Assembly (NCBI GenBank): GCA_039621445.1
Contig: CP154954.1
Location: forward strand, 23,510,954-23,574,953
Origin: Euglena gracilis
Lineage: Eukaryota
Reading direction: 5' to 3'
Length of the DNA stretch: 64,000 bases
The notes under the pieces: model-generated
Database searches by the model: none
What the model was told of the DNA's origin: nothing
The model's input: the letters and a program-made list of their open reading frames with translations, nothing else
Part shown: positions 1 through 14,755 of the stretch, piece after piece
Layout: every line of letters starts with the position of its first letter
Numbering within the stretch: the stretch's first letter is position 1
Program-made: the position numbers and the translations under genes

Positions 1-1
1 G

Positions 2-242
2 CAGGGTTTTTTTTTTTAAAGACTGGGGGTCCACTCCCTGGGGGACCCACCAACTTTCCCCCCAAAATGGCCAAAAAAAAACGCGGAAAATGCTAAAAAA
101 TAGCACCTTTTTCAAAAATTCTCGGCTCCTTCGCCGAAAAGTGTATCCCCCCCCGGGGACCCCCCCGGGGAGGGGGTGGCTCGGCTGGACCAACCCGCCC
201 CACCCCTCCCTCCCCCTGTCCAAGACTAAAAAAAAACCCCTG
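2..242. mobile_element. MITE with CAGGG-T-run terminal inverted repeats
   Basis: CAGGGTTTTTTT... / ...AAGACTAAAAAAAAACCCCTG. A related copy lies at 33664-33779. Confidence 0.6.
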
Positions 243-390
243 GGCGGGAGGGCTGCTGCTGTCCGAGGAGGAGAGGGGCTGGACGGGCGGGGGCGGCGTG
301 GAGGGGCGCAGCGGCGCGCGGGCGGGGGCGAGGACGGGCGCGAGGATCGGGGCGGGGGCGGGGGCGAGGGCCTGGCCGAGCAGGCGCGCC
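243..390 (-). CDS. Possible Pro/Ala-rich exon
   Basis: ARLLGQALAPAPAPILAPVLAPARAPLRPSTPPPPVQPLSSSDSSSPPA, directly abutting the MITE at 2-242. Confidence 0.3.
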
Positions 391-1305
391 CAGTCGGGAC
401 CAGGGGGCGGCCCAGACCCTCGAGGTCGGGGCAGGGCAGTGGGCGGGCTCCAAACCGTGACACCCTGCGGGACTGGGGAAGGCCATGCTGGTTGCCCACG
501 CTGAGCCCCTTGGCAACCACCAAATGGCACGGCACACATGAAATCAAAATGCCTTCGACGATGGAATATTTTCACCCGTGTTCATCCAATCATGGCACAT
601 TTTGGCCGCCTCTGGGAATGAGTGGGTAAACCCCAACTAATGTGTATACCCCCAGTCCTGAAAAGGAGCTGGACAGCAGACAGATACATCTTGAAATGAA
701 AAGGAAAGAGCCCAATAGCTGACAGTTTTGATGCAGCTCGAAAGCTGCTTCTTGGCTCCTTGACTGACCCGATGCATCAATTGAAAACACACCTCTGGGT
801 CGACTCCTTTGAGGCATACAAAAAAAAAACGTCGACTCCAGATTTCAAAATCCTCTTCTACGAAAATACTATCTGCGCCATGTGGGGGTGTGGTGACCCA
901 CAAGACTGAAAATGTGAGATGCATTTTCTTGACTCTTTTGCCCAAGACGGAAAACTCATGGATGACTAAATTCACTAATGTCGCAGGCATTAATGTTTGT
1001 GTGAGAATAAAATCGAACCACCAACCAAACCACAAGAACACCTAAAAATCCAAGAACCTGTTTAGGGGATTTGAGTAAGAGACCACCTGCCAGCAAAGAA
1101 ACGCAAGATTTTGACATGAGGTGGTCCGCATTGACGGGGAGGGGATCGAATGTTAGACTGGGGCCGCCCTCTGCCTGGCTGGCGGGGCGGTGGGGATGGC
1201 AGACAGATCGGCCACCCCACCGGGGACAGACCGGCGGCGGCGTCCATCAGGGGCGGTGGAAATGTGAACTGGTGGCAGGGCAGCGTGGGGGACCCGCTTC
1301 ACAAC

Positions 1306-1306
1306 A

Positions 1307-1346
<40 letters not shown>

Positions 1347-1429
1347 CACACCACACACACACACCACACACACACACCACACACACACACCACACACACA
1401 CACCACACACACACCACACACACACACAC

Positions 1430-1513
<84 letters not shown>

Positions 1514-1800
1514 ATGCACATACACACATGCACATCAATAGAAACAAAACAAACAAACACATACAACACAAACACACACACACACAAACACATACACATA
1601 CACCATACATACACCACATACACATACACATACACATACACATCCACACACATACACATCACACATACACTACACATACATCATACATGCACATATACAT
1701 ACATGCGCACGTGCACGCACACATAAATAACGCACAAACAGACAGACCGACAAACATAAGCAGCACACACGCACGCATACATGCAGGCACGCACAGACAC
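1306..1800. repeat. (CACG)n/(CA)n/(CATA)n microsatellite
   Basis: Direct inspection. Similar tracts at 2800-2910 (TG/TA), 6523-6733 (CA/CG) and 40115-40236. Confidence 0.95.
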
Positions 1801-2799
1801 ACAGGGGCAATAAAACAATGCATTTCCCAAAACACATCCCAAAGAAGAACAAGCAAAGATGGTGGAAAACAAGCATTTTCCACTCACGGATTCTTTGACA
1901 GAGCCTGGAAGCTTTTGCTCACACATATGCTTGCATGAACTATGTACTCGCCGCTTGCATTAAAATGCTCAATGCACTTGTGCATCCCCTTCTGAAAATG
2001 AGTGTTTGTTTTCCCTTCAGAAAGAAATATTTGTGGCCGGCCAAAAAAAGCAAATAAAGATAAAACAAGACAGATTGCAATAAGAATAAATAAGATATTA
2101 ATAAAAAGGAGAGCAAACATAAAGGAAAACACAACATATGAGACACATACATGACTTGAAATTTTTGTAAGATTCATGTTTGTATCACCCTGGTGCCACA
2201 CCTGTAAAATCTGTTTTCCTCAAATGCGGGAAAATATACCTGCAATATTGCACTGGTGTTCTCGCCAGTTAACGACAAGGGTTATCACCAAAAAGACGAA
2301 ACATCCCTGGGAGGAGCCGTGTCCCTCTGCAACCCGCCTGGCTGCGAGGAGAACGAGCCACGGAACTTGGGTCCAGAGCGGTGGCTGGTGTAACTCTTGC
2401 AGTTTGCGGCACCAGCAACACTGTCTGGTGTTCATACACCCACCCACATACATACGTACATGCTTGCCTGCATACATACAGACAGACAGACAGACAAAAG
2501 TCCCCCTTACCCACCCAGGGGGTAGCCCACCCCAGTGAGGTCCAGAGTCATTTTTGGCCAAAAAATCCAGAACTTTCCCCCAAAATAGAGGACCCCACTG
2601 CGGGGGTACCCACTCAGCCCGACCCACAGAACCCGAACACATAAAAAAAACCAACCTAACCCCTCCCTGTGTTGACCTTGTTTGCAATGGCCGCAAGAGA
2701 ACAGGGGAAGCAGGGCAGAAAGAGAGTTTCTGTGGATGTGAAGAAATGCAATTCGGTTTGAAACAATAATTTTATAATTTCATAAAAAATGATTAAACA

Positions 2800-2909
<110 letters not shown>

Positions 2910-3402
2910 CACAATCAATTACTGGCAGAAACCAAAACATGCCAATGATCACAAAAAAAAAGAACACATTTCTGAAAACATGGTTCGAAAATGCAAATAT
3001 TTTTTCAAGTCAAAGCAACTCCGGTGCATTTCCCAACAGAACTCAGAAAACATAAAATACATACAACTGTCCTTGTCCTCCAATCAATGGGAAAATGGGC
3101 AAACTTCTCCAAAGATTTCCACAAAGAACACAAAGACGGTTGCCACATCCGATAGAAGGGCAAACAAGGGGAGGTTTGGAAAGCTGGAGACACCACCGAC
3201 CATGCCGGCGCCCCCACCGTCCTGTGCGGCCGGGATGGCGGTGGGGATGCGTTCCAGGAGGGACGTCAGGCCGGATGGCGGGGGGCCGGGATTCTGTTGT
3301 CGATCTTTTGGAGGGGATGGACCAACAATTGCAGCATGACACGCAGGAAAGAACCACGGCGCAGATTTTTTGCAAGTTTGGCTAGTTCCACCCCCCCCCC
3401 CC

Positions 3403-3801
3403 CAGGGTTCGATATAAGGACAGGTGGGGGGGGGGTGGTCCGGACCCCCCCCTGTGGGCCAGGAGGGGGGGGGGGTGGGGGGGACCCCCCCCACCTAAAC
3501 AGGTGCGCGGTCAGGGTGGCCGAAAATTTTTGACCCCCCAAAACGACCAAAAGTGCCATTTTGGGCACTTTTTGGGCAAAAATGTGCCAAAAATGCAAAA
3601 AATTTTCGGCGCAAAGCGCCGGAGGAAAAAAGTGACCCTTTTTGGGGGGGTCCCGGGAACCCCCCCGAGGGTCGGTCCGGACCCCCCTGGCAGGTGGGGG
3701 GGGGGGTGGGTCCGGAAACCCCCTGCGGCCAGGAGGGGGGGGGGGCTATGGGGGACACCCCCCCACCTAAACCATGTACGCCCTCCTTATATCAAACCCT
3801 G
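3403..3801. mobile_element. MITE with 18-bp TIR CAGGGTTCGATATAAGGA
   Basis: TIR pair CAGGGTTCGATATAAGGA / TCCTTATATCAAACCCTG within poly-C flanks. Homologous copies at ~46657-47060 and 51511-51875. Confidence 0.75.
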
Positions 3802-6634
3802 CCCCCCCCCCCCAAAGCCCGAAGGGTCCAACTGGGGCCAGGCAGGGCTGTACGAGAAGGTATGGTGGGGGGAGGGTTGCTCGACCCCCCCCACCCACCA
3901 TGGCATGCACGCAAAGGAAATTCCTTCAGCGCCAAAAGAAGATTTTGGCCTAAAATCGGCGCTCCCGGAAATACGGGAACGCCGCGGCACCCCCCACCCA
4001 TATGGATTCCCGGACAGCCCGGGGGCCGGGGAAAAGAATCCCGGGGCAAAGCACCGTCCCCCTCCGCCGGCGCGAAGCGGCCGAAGAAGCCATAGCCCGG
4101 CCGCGGCGCCGGCGGCGTGCCGACGCTGGCGCCGGTGGCCTGGCGGAGCAGCCTCGGGGAGCGGAGGGCACGGGGCGTTGGGGGCGGGGCCGCAGGTCCG
4201 GCCGGGGGGGGGGGACCCCCACCCCCACCCCCCACGCACTCCACACTGGGCCCATCGGATTCCCACCAGCACCTCCCAAAGAGGACAGCCAGGCCCTATG
4301 CAGACCCATGGACAGCCACTCAGCAGACACGTGACTTGCATGACTCGCCCGGAAGCTCACCGGCACCACCGTTGTGGTGGTGGGGGGGACGGCCCCAGGC
4401 GGGGTACCGGGGCTGCGCCACGGGGCGGGGGAGCGGGGGGAGGGGGCCGCGCTGGGCTGCCGGGGCACCGCCCTGGGAGGGAGCAGGCGACGATGGCCTG
4501 GGTGGGGGTGGTGAGGTGGGGGGTGCGTTCCTCACTCTCGCCCCCTGACTAACCAGGGGGACAACTTGGGGGGTACCATTTTGGCCACCGGCGTGCCTTC
4601 GGCAGGGGCGGGGGCGGGGGGGGGGGGGCAACAAATCATCCTCCAGGCCAGATTGCCGATTTCCCCTGCATTTCGCAGGCATTCTAGCCCTGGACTTGCA
4701 CTGTATTGCAGTGGCAGACTTGCGAAGGTGCAAAACTGCATCCTCTGGATCCTTCTACTAATAATTGGACCACAGCATTTCAGACATTCACAACAACGGC
4801 ACCAGATTGCCCACTGTCTGGGGCATTGCTAATGAAGCTGTGGTATGGGAACGGAAACCCTATCAATTGTGAAATGACAAAATAAAGAGAAAAAAAACGG
4901 CAAAAATATATAAACCGGCAAAAAGATACCAAAGACAAAAGCGATTCTTTTAATGACAAGAGGAACTGTCGGTGTGCCCAGCAGCTATTGGAGTGGGGGC
5001 ATTGCTCTTGAAATAAGGTGTCCCAAGGTCAAAGAAACATTTCATTTGAGGTTCCTTGTGCCACACCCAACAACGACGAGAGAAAAATTTTGTGGCCCGT
5101 GGAGTGCATAAGAGGGCATGGGGTGACCTGTTTACTCACTACGCACCAGGCGGTGGGCACCTGTATCGCCTCCCAAGCCAGCCCTGGCCCTGAATGCTCC
5201 GCAGCTCCTCCTGGGTCAGGGTCCGGGTGGACCGCACCCCCTGCCAGGGGAGGGGAAGAATGCCCCAGGGGCCGGGCGCAACCAATTCAGGAGCATGGGT
5301 TCTCCTGATGAGTTCAACTCTGTAGCCAGCTTGGCCGGTGGCTCAGGGTTGGCACTTGTCCAAGCAGGCCAAGAGTAGATACCGTGTCTTGATTCCTGGG
5401 TACCTCCCCTCCCCACCCCTGGGTTGCTTGGCCCGGGCCACAATTCAGGGGGCGACGATGACTCCAACGGGCTAGGGTGGCCAACGAGCCGAATCAAAAT
5501 GCCTGGAAAGTGGGGTCCATATTGGGGCCAACAGGCTGGGGGGCCAACCTTTGGGGGGGGGGAAGTTGACTCCAACAACCCGGGGTCAACGAGCCCGGGG
5601 GGGGGGTTAGTCAGTCATGTAGACAGCTTGTAGACTGCCATCAATGGCAGGGAATCCTGCATTTGGCGGCTCAGGTTTTCCCGCCACTGTGGCTGCCAGG
5701 GGAATTCCGCAGCAGCAGTGCACCTTGACCCGGCGCAAGCCGTTGGACTTGGCCGTCGGGGACTCGGCGGGGCGCAGCGACCGCGACCGCCGCGAGAGGG
5801 ACCCGTCCAGCCACCGCGGCGGCTGCGGGCGGAGGGTGTGCCGCTCACGGCATCCGCAAACCAGCTCTGGTTCGAACAAAGAAAGGCCTGTCTTTCCGGC
5901 TGGAAGGGCGTAATGGGATGGGACCCCAATGGCGGCCGCCTGCGGTTCAGTCGAGCGGGAAGGTTCCTTGGCCCTGCCCCGGAGTGCTGTTTGCAATTCG
6001 CAACAGGCAGCACTCCGGGGGCAGACAAACGTCAACGGCATGACAATTGTGTCCTGTACAAATCCTGCAGCAGTCCCGAACCAGAACGTTTGGCTGCCGG
6101 TGACTTTCCAGTTGCTTGCATTTTCAGTGGGAGCACACCATTCTGACACCGGGCCGCAGCCCTCCCATGCGTGCAATGACATGGAACCACACCGATTTCC
6201 GCGGGGATGGTTTGGACGATCGTTGACGCGTCAAGCCCGTCCGCCTGAAAGGGACAGGGACATTCCCAACGAGAGCTAAAGAAATGGCAAAAAAGCAAAA
6301 AAAGAAATGAATTTTTTGTGGTTTTCTCAATATTTGAGTTTTTTTTTGCTTTTTGGAAAACTCCCTTCCGTTTTCTGTTTGGTACATCTCAGCGGTGTGC
6401 AGGAGGGGTTAAAACGTGCACAGTGAAACATAGGAAGATCTGCAGGGTGGATGAACAAATGAAAGCAGCAGGTGCATTTTGTGGCGCCCGTACACAACCC
6501 ACCTACACACCCACCTGCCAGCATGCGCGCGCACACACTCACGCACACACGCACACACATGCACGCACACACGCACGCACGCACACACACACACACACAC
6601 ACCCACCACACACACACACACCACCCACACACAC

Positions 6635-6727
<93 letters not shown>

Positions 6728-7849
6728 GCGCGCAACCCTGGGGTGGAGGCGACCCACACAACACACCGGGAGGGGCTCCAAAGGGGAGGCTGCTGCGGGC
6801 GCCTGCTGCGGGATTTGGACCGGCTGCGGCTGCGGGTGGCGGCGCGCTCCCAGCAGGCGACGCAGTGCCGGCACCGCCTGGGTTGACGGCGGTGGGGGCA
6901 GCGGGGGCCGCGGTGGAGGCCTGGGGGCCATTCCCTGGGAGGCAGGGAATGGCTGGGCCCCACCTCCGCCATACCGGGGGGAGGGGAGTCAGACCGGCAA
7001 CAATTGCCGACGGGAAGAACTCTGCCCGGGGAAGTATTGGACGAAGCCTAAATTGCTGGGAAAATTTCCAAACACTCGCTGAAAACAGCCGGGGAAAAAA
7101 TTCTGGACGACAAAACCTCGTCAACCACTTTTTCAGGGAAATACAAATGAATTTGAACACCAAATTCACAGCCGATGTTTTTGCGAATCCAAAAATCAAT
7201 AAATTGGTGAAACCTAAACTCCAAATTGCAAAATAAAACAAAGAAGATGTTCTTTTGTTTTGAAGGAGCAATGCACCTTCTGAACAGACGACTTGGAATT
7301 CCAAAACATCGGCGCGAGCGCCGAAGAAAATTTTTGGGGGGGTATTATTTGGGGGGGGGGTTTACCGTGGGGGACTTGAAAGGCCTTGAAAGACTTGAAA
7401 AATGTTGTGGGGAAAATTCTGGACGATTTTTGCCCAGGGGTTTTCCCGCCATTGTAAGGATCCGTCCAGATTTTTCCTAGAAAATTTAAGACAAAACCAA
7501 TTTCCTGCAGTAGACCCCCCGGCCGGGGTATTATTTTTTCGCCCGGCCTGAGGGGGGGGTATTATTTGGAGGGGGGTAATAGCAAACCAAAATTTTCGAA
7601 GTTCTTCGAAATCCCATAGCCAAAACAGTGCCAAAACCTCCTTTGGGGTCATTTTTTGTACTTTCTTATGAAATTTACGGTTTTTTGGAGGTCAGATGAT
7701 ACAGAAAAATCGATTTTTTTCGTACTTTGTTGTCAGAGGTTGTGATTTTCCCCTACATTTTCAGGTCAAAATCCGGGCCTTCGCCCGAAACCGGGGGGGG
7801 GGTATTAACTGAGTCGACGAAGTCGGACCCCGAGGGGGGGGGGATTATT

Positions 7850-10800
7850 TGGGGGTAAGAGCGAAGCTTACCACCGGGGGGAAAACGCCCCCCCCCCCCC
7901 CCCTCCCCCCCCTCGGGGCCACCTCGGGAACCGGCGGATTATCGCCGTGATCCCGGCCCGGTTCCGGATTTTTTTTTTCAGTCGCGAGCGACTGGATTTC
8001 AGGTTTCCGAATCACCTGGGTTTGACCCCCAACTCCACGCCAGGCCCGAGTTATTCACGCGCGAAGGGGTCCAAACTGGGTAGGATTGCCCCCCCCCCCT
8101 GGATAAGCCCCCCCCCCTTTGGACTCTGCCATTTCGGCCAAAAAATGTCAATTTTCAAAATTTCTCCCAAATGAAGCAAAATGAAAGGAATTGTCCGGAG
8201 ACCTAATTTGAAACCCTTGGAACGCCCCATCTACTGGTATTTTGATTTCCCCACAACTCCCCGCCACGCCCGAGATACGGCCGTTTTCGGCCAACGGGGC
8301 CTTTTTGTACACTTTTTCCATTGTCCGACTGGCCGTTTTCGGCCAAAATTCGGCCAAAAAATCAATATTTTCAAAATTTCTCAAAAATGAAGCAAAATCA
8401 AAGGAAATGTCCGGAGACCTAATTTGAAGCCCTTGGAACGCTCCATCTAACGGCATTTTGATTTCCCCGCAACGGTTCGCGTAGCCCGAGATACGGCCGT
8501 TTTTCGGCCGATTTTGTACATTTTGTACACTTTTTCCACTGGTGGACTTAGCCGTTTTTTGGCTAATAAAATGGAGAAATATCGAAATATTTTTTTGCCC
8601 AAAACCATGCTTTTTGGCCTCCCGGACCAGGAAAAAGTGTTTCCGAGCCGAAAATGGGCCCGGCCCATCATGACCCATGATGGCCATGATGCACATCATG
8701 ACCCATGATGCGCATCATGACCCATGATGGCCATCATGACGCATGATGCCCATCATGACCCATGATGCGCATCATGACCGATGATGCCCATCATGACCCA
8801 TGATGGCCATTATGACCCATGATGCCCATCATGACCCATGATGGCCATCATGGGTCATGATGGCCATCATAACCCATGATGCGCATCATGACCCATGATG
8901 GCCATCATGATCAAGCACCTCTGGTCAGTCATGCCCTTGGGCCCAGCATCGCCCAGCATCGCCCAGCATCGCCCAGCATCGCTCAGCATCGCCCAGCATC
9001 GCCCAGCATCGCCCAGCATCGCCTTTGGAGCCCTTGAAGGTGTACCTATAATGCCTGCTGCTTTTGCCGCTCTAGCCCACTTTTGGCTACTTTTGGCCAC
9101 CTTTGGTTGCTTTTTGACCACTTTGACCACTTTTGACTGCTTTTTGCCCACTTTGACCACTTTTGACTGCTTTTTGACCACTTTTGCCCACATTTGCTGC
9201 CTTTTGACCAATTTTGACTGCTTCTTGACCACTTTTGCTGCTTTTTGCCCACTTTTGCCCATTTCCAACCACCTTTGCAGCTTTTTGATCACTTTTGCTG
9301 CTTTTTGACCACTTTTGGCCCCTTTTGCCTGCTTTTTGACCACTTTTGACAACTTTTGTTGCTTTTCGACCACTTTTGCTCACTGTTTGCCCACTTTTGG
9401 CCATTGTTGCTGCTTTTTGATCACTTTCACTTTTTTTGCCCACTTTTGCCCACTTTTTTACCACTTTTGCTGCTTTCTGACCACTTTACCCCACTTTTCC
9501 CTGCTTTTTGACCACTTTTTGACCACTTTTGCTGCTTTTTGCCGGCACAGGATGTGGTGCAGAGGTTAAACCAGCAACAACCAAGGAAAGATGCAGCAAA
9601 GTGTGGCCGTATCCAACCAGTCGATTGCGTTGTCCAATATGTTGAGCTCCAAGGCTGGGCTTTTGCAGGGAGTGGCTTCGGCTGCGTCTCAATCTTGTCC
9701 AGTATCTGCATCTGTTGCATCCTGCATCCACTGCCTTGTCCAGCATCTGCATGTTGTCCAGTGTCTGCATGTTGTCCAGCATCTGCATCTTGCGCAGTAT
9801 CTGCATCTTGTCCAGCATCTGCACGTTGTCCAGCATCTGCGCGTTGTCCAGCATCTGCTTCTTGTCCAGCAACTGCATCTTGTCCACCATCTGCATGTTG
9901 TCCAGTGTCTGCATCCAGTTCATCTTGTCCAGCATCGGCTTCTTGTCCAGCATCTGCATCTTGTCCAGTTCCTGCATCCAGTTCATCTTGTCCAGCATCT
10001 GCATCTTGTCCAGTATCTGTCCAGTATTCATCCGTTGGCTCCTGACCAAGCCAAAATAACCACAAAAGCCCCAAAAAAGGCCACAAAAAGCCCAAAATTG
10101 ACCACAAAAAGCCCAAAAAGCAACCAAAATAACCAAAAATTGCCCAAAAATGCCAACAAAGTCCACAAAAGATTGCGAAAAATGACCCAAAATCACCAAA
10201 AAGACGCAAAATGGCCAAAATGCCATAAAATCTGCTCAAAAAGGCCCCAATTAGCCCAATATTGGCCAAATCAGTGATAAATAGCCCCCAAATTAGCAAA
10301 AAATTGACCCATAATGGCCAAAATGGGTGTAAAACTGGAGCTTTGTGGGAAAATTATCCCAAAAATGGTTCAATTCTCCAAAATATACAAAAAAAATGCC
10401 AGCATCGCCCAGCATCGCCCAGCATCGCCCTGCATCGCCCAGCATCGCCCAGCATCGGAACCCCACCTCTGGTCTCCAAAAATCCAGCATCGCCCAGCAT
10501 CGCCCTGCATCGCCCAGCATCGCCCAGCATCATCAGAGGTGCTTGATCATGATGCATGATGCCCATCTTGACCCATGATGCCCATCATGACGCATGATGC
10601 CCATCATGACCCATGATGCCGATGCCCATCATGACTCACGATGCACATCATGACCCATGCATGATGTGCATCGGGTCGGAAAAATTTGAAAATTTTTGTT
10701 TGGCCCAAATGCTGTTTTTTGGCCTCCCCGACCCAGAAAAATTGTTTTTGGGCTGAAAATGAGCGTTTTTCGACCCGCCAGCGCCCTGTTTTGGGCCGCC

Positions 10801-11030
10801 AACCCATTGACTTTGGGTCAAACCCGGGTAAAAAAAAGTGCCCCGTTTAGGGCCCGAAACCAATGGACTTAGGGTCATTTGAGGGTCAAAAAAAGTCGAA
10901 AAAATCGAAAAAAATGTTTGCCCGAAACGATGTTCTTTGGCCTCCTGGACCCGGAAAGGGTGGTTTTTTAGCCAAAAATGAGCGTTTTCGACCCTCCGGC
11001 GCCCCGTTTCGGGCACAAAACCCTTGCATT
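7850..11030. mobile_element. Dispersed repeat copy interrupted by a nested minisatellite-rich insertion
   Basis: ~7850-8655 and ~10680-11020 match the contiguous copy at ~49880-51050. Between them lie CATGACCCATGATG arrays and an inner block bounded by a 21-bp inverted repeat. Confidence 0.6.
8903..10554. repeat. Inverted-repeat-bounded block of compound minisatellites
   Basis: CATCATGATCAAGCACCTCTG / CAGAGGTGCTTGATCATGATG. Inside are (CCCAGCATCG)n, TTTTGACCAC-type repeats and 18-bp TTGTCCAGCATCTGCATC repeats. Confidence 0.7.
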
Positions 11031-12575
11031 TCAGTCAAAAGACCTCCATGGAGTGGGCCGGTTTATATGGGGGGGTCAATGAAGGGGTGGGTGCACGCTT
11101 ATTAAGAGCTCAGCACTATTCAAAACCTGGTTTACTCCAGGGGTGGCCCTGTGCTGCGACCCCCCCTCCAGCAGGCTGACACTCCAGCCCCAGTGGTGTG
11201 CTTCCTGTCACAATGCAGACGGACTGCAAATAAAAAAAACAAGTAGCAGACAGAAAAATAAGGAACTTGTGTCTGTTTTGAAAAAGGAAATACATATCAA
11301 GCCTCAGGGGGCTTAAATCTTGAACGTTAAAAATCTCATTTTCTCCAGGGGATTCAAATGAGAAATTCTTGGGAAGCAAAACGAGCGAATCACCAGAACT
11401 CAAAAACGAGCGGAAAAAAAAGGGGATTTGTGCGTACCCCGCAGCACATTTGGCTGGACCTGTCCTTCACATATTTGGCACAACATATTCTTTTGGGAAA
11501 TTTTAAATGAGCTCCTTGATGTCCTGCATATTTAATAAAAAAAGCATCAACAAATAAATTGTAGGGATTGGGCGATTTCAGTCCAATCTGCAGGGGAGGG
11601 GGGAATACGCTAGTCCGGCCACAAAATTTTCGCGCATTCTTTGTGCAAAAAAGTGCAAAAAAGTTCAAAATCTGAGAGAAGAATGCAGAAATTGCCCAAA
11701 ATAGGCAAAAATTGCCCCAAAAAACATGCAAAAATGGCACCAAATTTACAGCAATTGTATGGAATTTTGAGGAAAATGTCAATTTCAAAAAATGAAAAAA
11801 AAATTGCAAAAATGGTCCAAAAAAATGTGAAAAATTGGAATCATGCAAAAAATGCGCCAAAAAGCAAAAAAAAAATGTGCTGGAACAAATCGAAAAAATG
11901 CGCAAAAATGCGCAAGAAATGCGAAAAAATGTTAACCACGTCTCCCCTGAATCTGCTCTTCTCTCTAGCCCTTCCTTGAAGCTAGCATGGAAAAATATTT
12001 CAAACTAAACATACAACAAAAAGCATACACAACCAAAATAGCAAAACCACACAACATGAAACACACGAATGCACCCATTCAAACACACCAGGAAAGAGGG
12101 CCCCAATCAAGGGGTTCCATGGGTGGGGAATAGAAGGGGCGGAATAAGAGCCGAGAGCAGAGCTGGAAGGAAGGGGGGAGCGAGGTCGATCCACGATGGC
12201 ACTTTGCAGGGGAAAACTTCGTTTGAGGCCGAAAGTGCAGGAAAAACTTCGCTTAGAATTGGTCCACCTACCGCCCATAGGTTGTAAATATTCCCTTCAG
12301 CCCTGATTGAGAGACAGGGGCGGAGGTACACCGCCGCTGTGCCCGGACACGGGACCTGGGCAAAGACAGAACCATCATGCCAGCAGCAACGGCAATCGAA
12401 CGAGGTGGGACATCGAGAAACCCGAGACATATGACAAGCACAGCGGAGAGGGACAAGGAGCGCAGACGCCGGTGCACGCGCCAGCACACCCGTCAATCAC
12501 AGCACAAGTTGTTGAGGGAGGATTCAGAAGAGAGAGCGAAGGAGGGACTAGGGTGGGAGGTAGGGAAGGAGATAG

Positions 12576-13750
<1,175 letters not shown>

Positions 13751-13755
<5 letters not shown>

Positions 13756-14650
13756 TCCCTATCGGCAACGTCTTCATCGCGGAGAAGCAGAATCCGAAAG
13801 AGAGGCGCGCAAGCGTGTTTCCGCCACTGAGCGGAACATTTACAATTTCGCCGGGCGAGGCCCACCCCCCGCCGTGCCGCTGGAAGGCAGTCAGTCCGCA
13901 TAGAGGCTAGGTTGCCCACAAGGGTAGAGTAGCCCACCGACGGTGGGCGGCCGTGTGAGAGTTAGCCTGTGCGGAGAGCAGGAGAGCGGAGGCGAAGGGT
14001 GGACTAGAGTAGCCGGACGCATGGAGGCGGACGAAGGAGGCCCCGGTCGTGGACTAGAGTAGCCGAAGCCCTTTCCAGGGGAGGCGAAGGAGGCGCAAGA
14101 CGAGAGCCCGGCGGTCGGCGCAGCCGTGGACTAGAGTAGCTGACCCGGCAGTGGGTGAGGCGAAGAGGCTGCGCGGTCGGGGACTAGAGTAGCCGAGCCC
14201 CACCGGGGGAGCGAAGGAGCCCACCCACAATGCCGACAGTGGAGTTCCCACGGGGTAGGCGCGGTGGGTCCCCCATGGCCCGTCCCCTACGCCCCAAGCC
14301 GCTCGGATGCCGCGCTGCCCGCGTGAAGGGGTGGGACGCTGAAACCCACCTTAACAAAACAGCACCCCCTCCCGGACAATGCGATGCATGCCGGCTGAGG
14401 ATAAGACCTCCGCTGACTGGTGCTGTCCCGGGCGTCGAGGCTGGACGCTGACCCAACAACAGCGCACCTGAGAAGAGCAGGGGAAGAGAAGGCTCAAGAC
14501 GGGGCCCAAGCAAGACGACCCAAGAAGGGAGTCTGGGGAAAAGGCCGTGAGGTCCCCACTGAGGAGCCCCAACCCCACCGTGCCGGGCGAAACTCCCTCG
14601 GCAACGTCTTCATCGCGGAGTACGATGAAAGCAAAGAATCCGAGTTCGAA
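13751..14650 (+). mobile_element. Retrozyme-like element B (~838-nt unit with terminal direct repeat, one complete HHR)
   Basis: Begins at GAAACTCCCT..CGGCAACGTCTTCATCGCGGAG (13751), which is the 3' strand of the HHR. The same sequence recurs at 14589. Flanked by (GA)n. Confidence 0.8.
14526..14598 (+). ncRNA. Type III hammerhead ribozyme B
   Basis: AGGGAGUC, predicted cut after C14533. Stem I UGGGGA/UCCCCA. Core CUGAGGA 14559-65. Stem II GCCC/GGGC. GAAA 14589-92. ACUCCCU pairs with AGGGAGU (7-bp stem III, extendable by AAGACG/CGUCUU). Loops I and II are partly complementary. Confidence 0.9.
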
Positions 14651-14703
14651 GAGAGAGAGATAGCGAGAGAGAGTGTGGGACGTAGAGAGAGAAAGTGAGA
14701 GAG

Positions 14704-14750
<47 letters not shown>

Positions 14751-14755
<5 letters not shown>

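Noticed and set aside
1071-1938. His/Thr- and Cys/Val-rich ORFs (also near 6300-7300, 28400-28700 and 35750-36050)
   Set aside because: Microsatellite translation artefacts.
5305-5340. CTGATGAG as another hammerhead
   Set aside because: No stem II, GAAA or matching cleavage arm.
8867-10299. ORFs with KSGQK / DADAGQ repeats as structural proteins
   Set aside because: They are translations of 10- and 18-bp minisatellites inside an inverted-repeat-bounded element and are open in several frames.
12199-12238. GCACTTT...TGAGGCCGAAAGTGC as a ribozyme remnant
   Set aside because: Only a simple 7-bp inverted repeat; the core nucleotides are missing.
14001-14220. CRISPR array
   Set aside because: The repeats are only ~15 bp, spacing is irregular, the spacers share motifs, there are no cas genes, and the context is eukaryotic.
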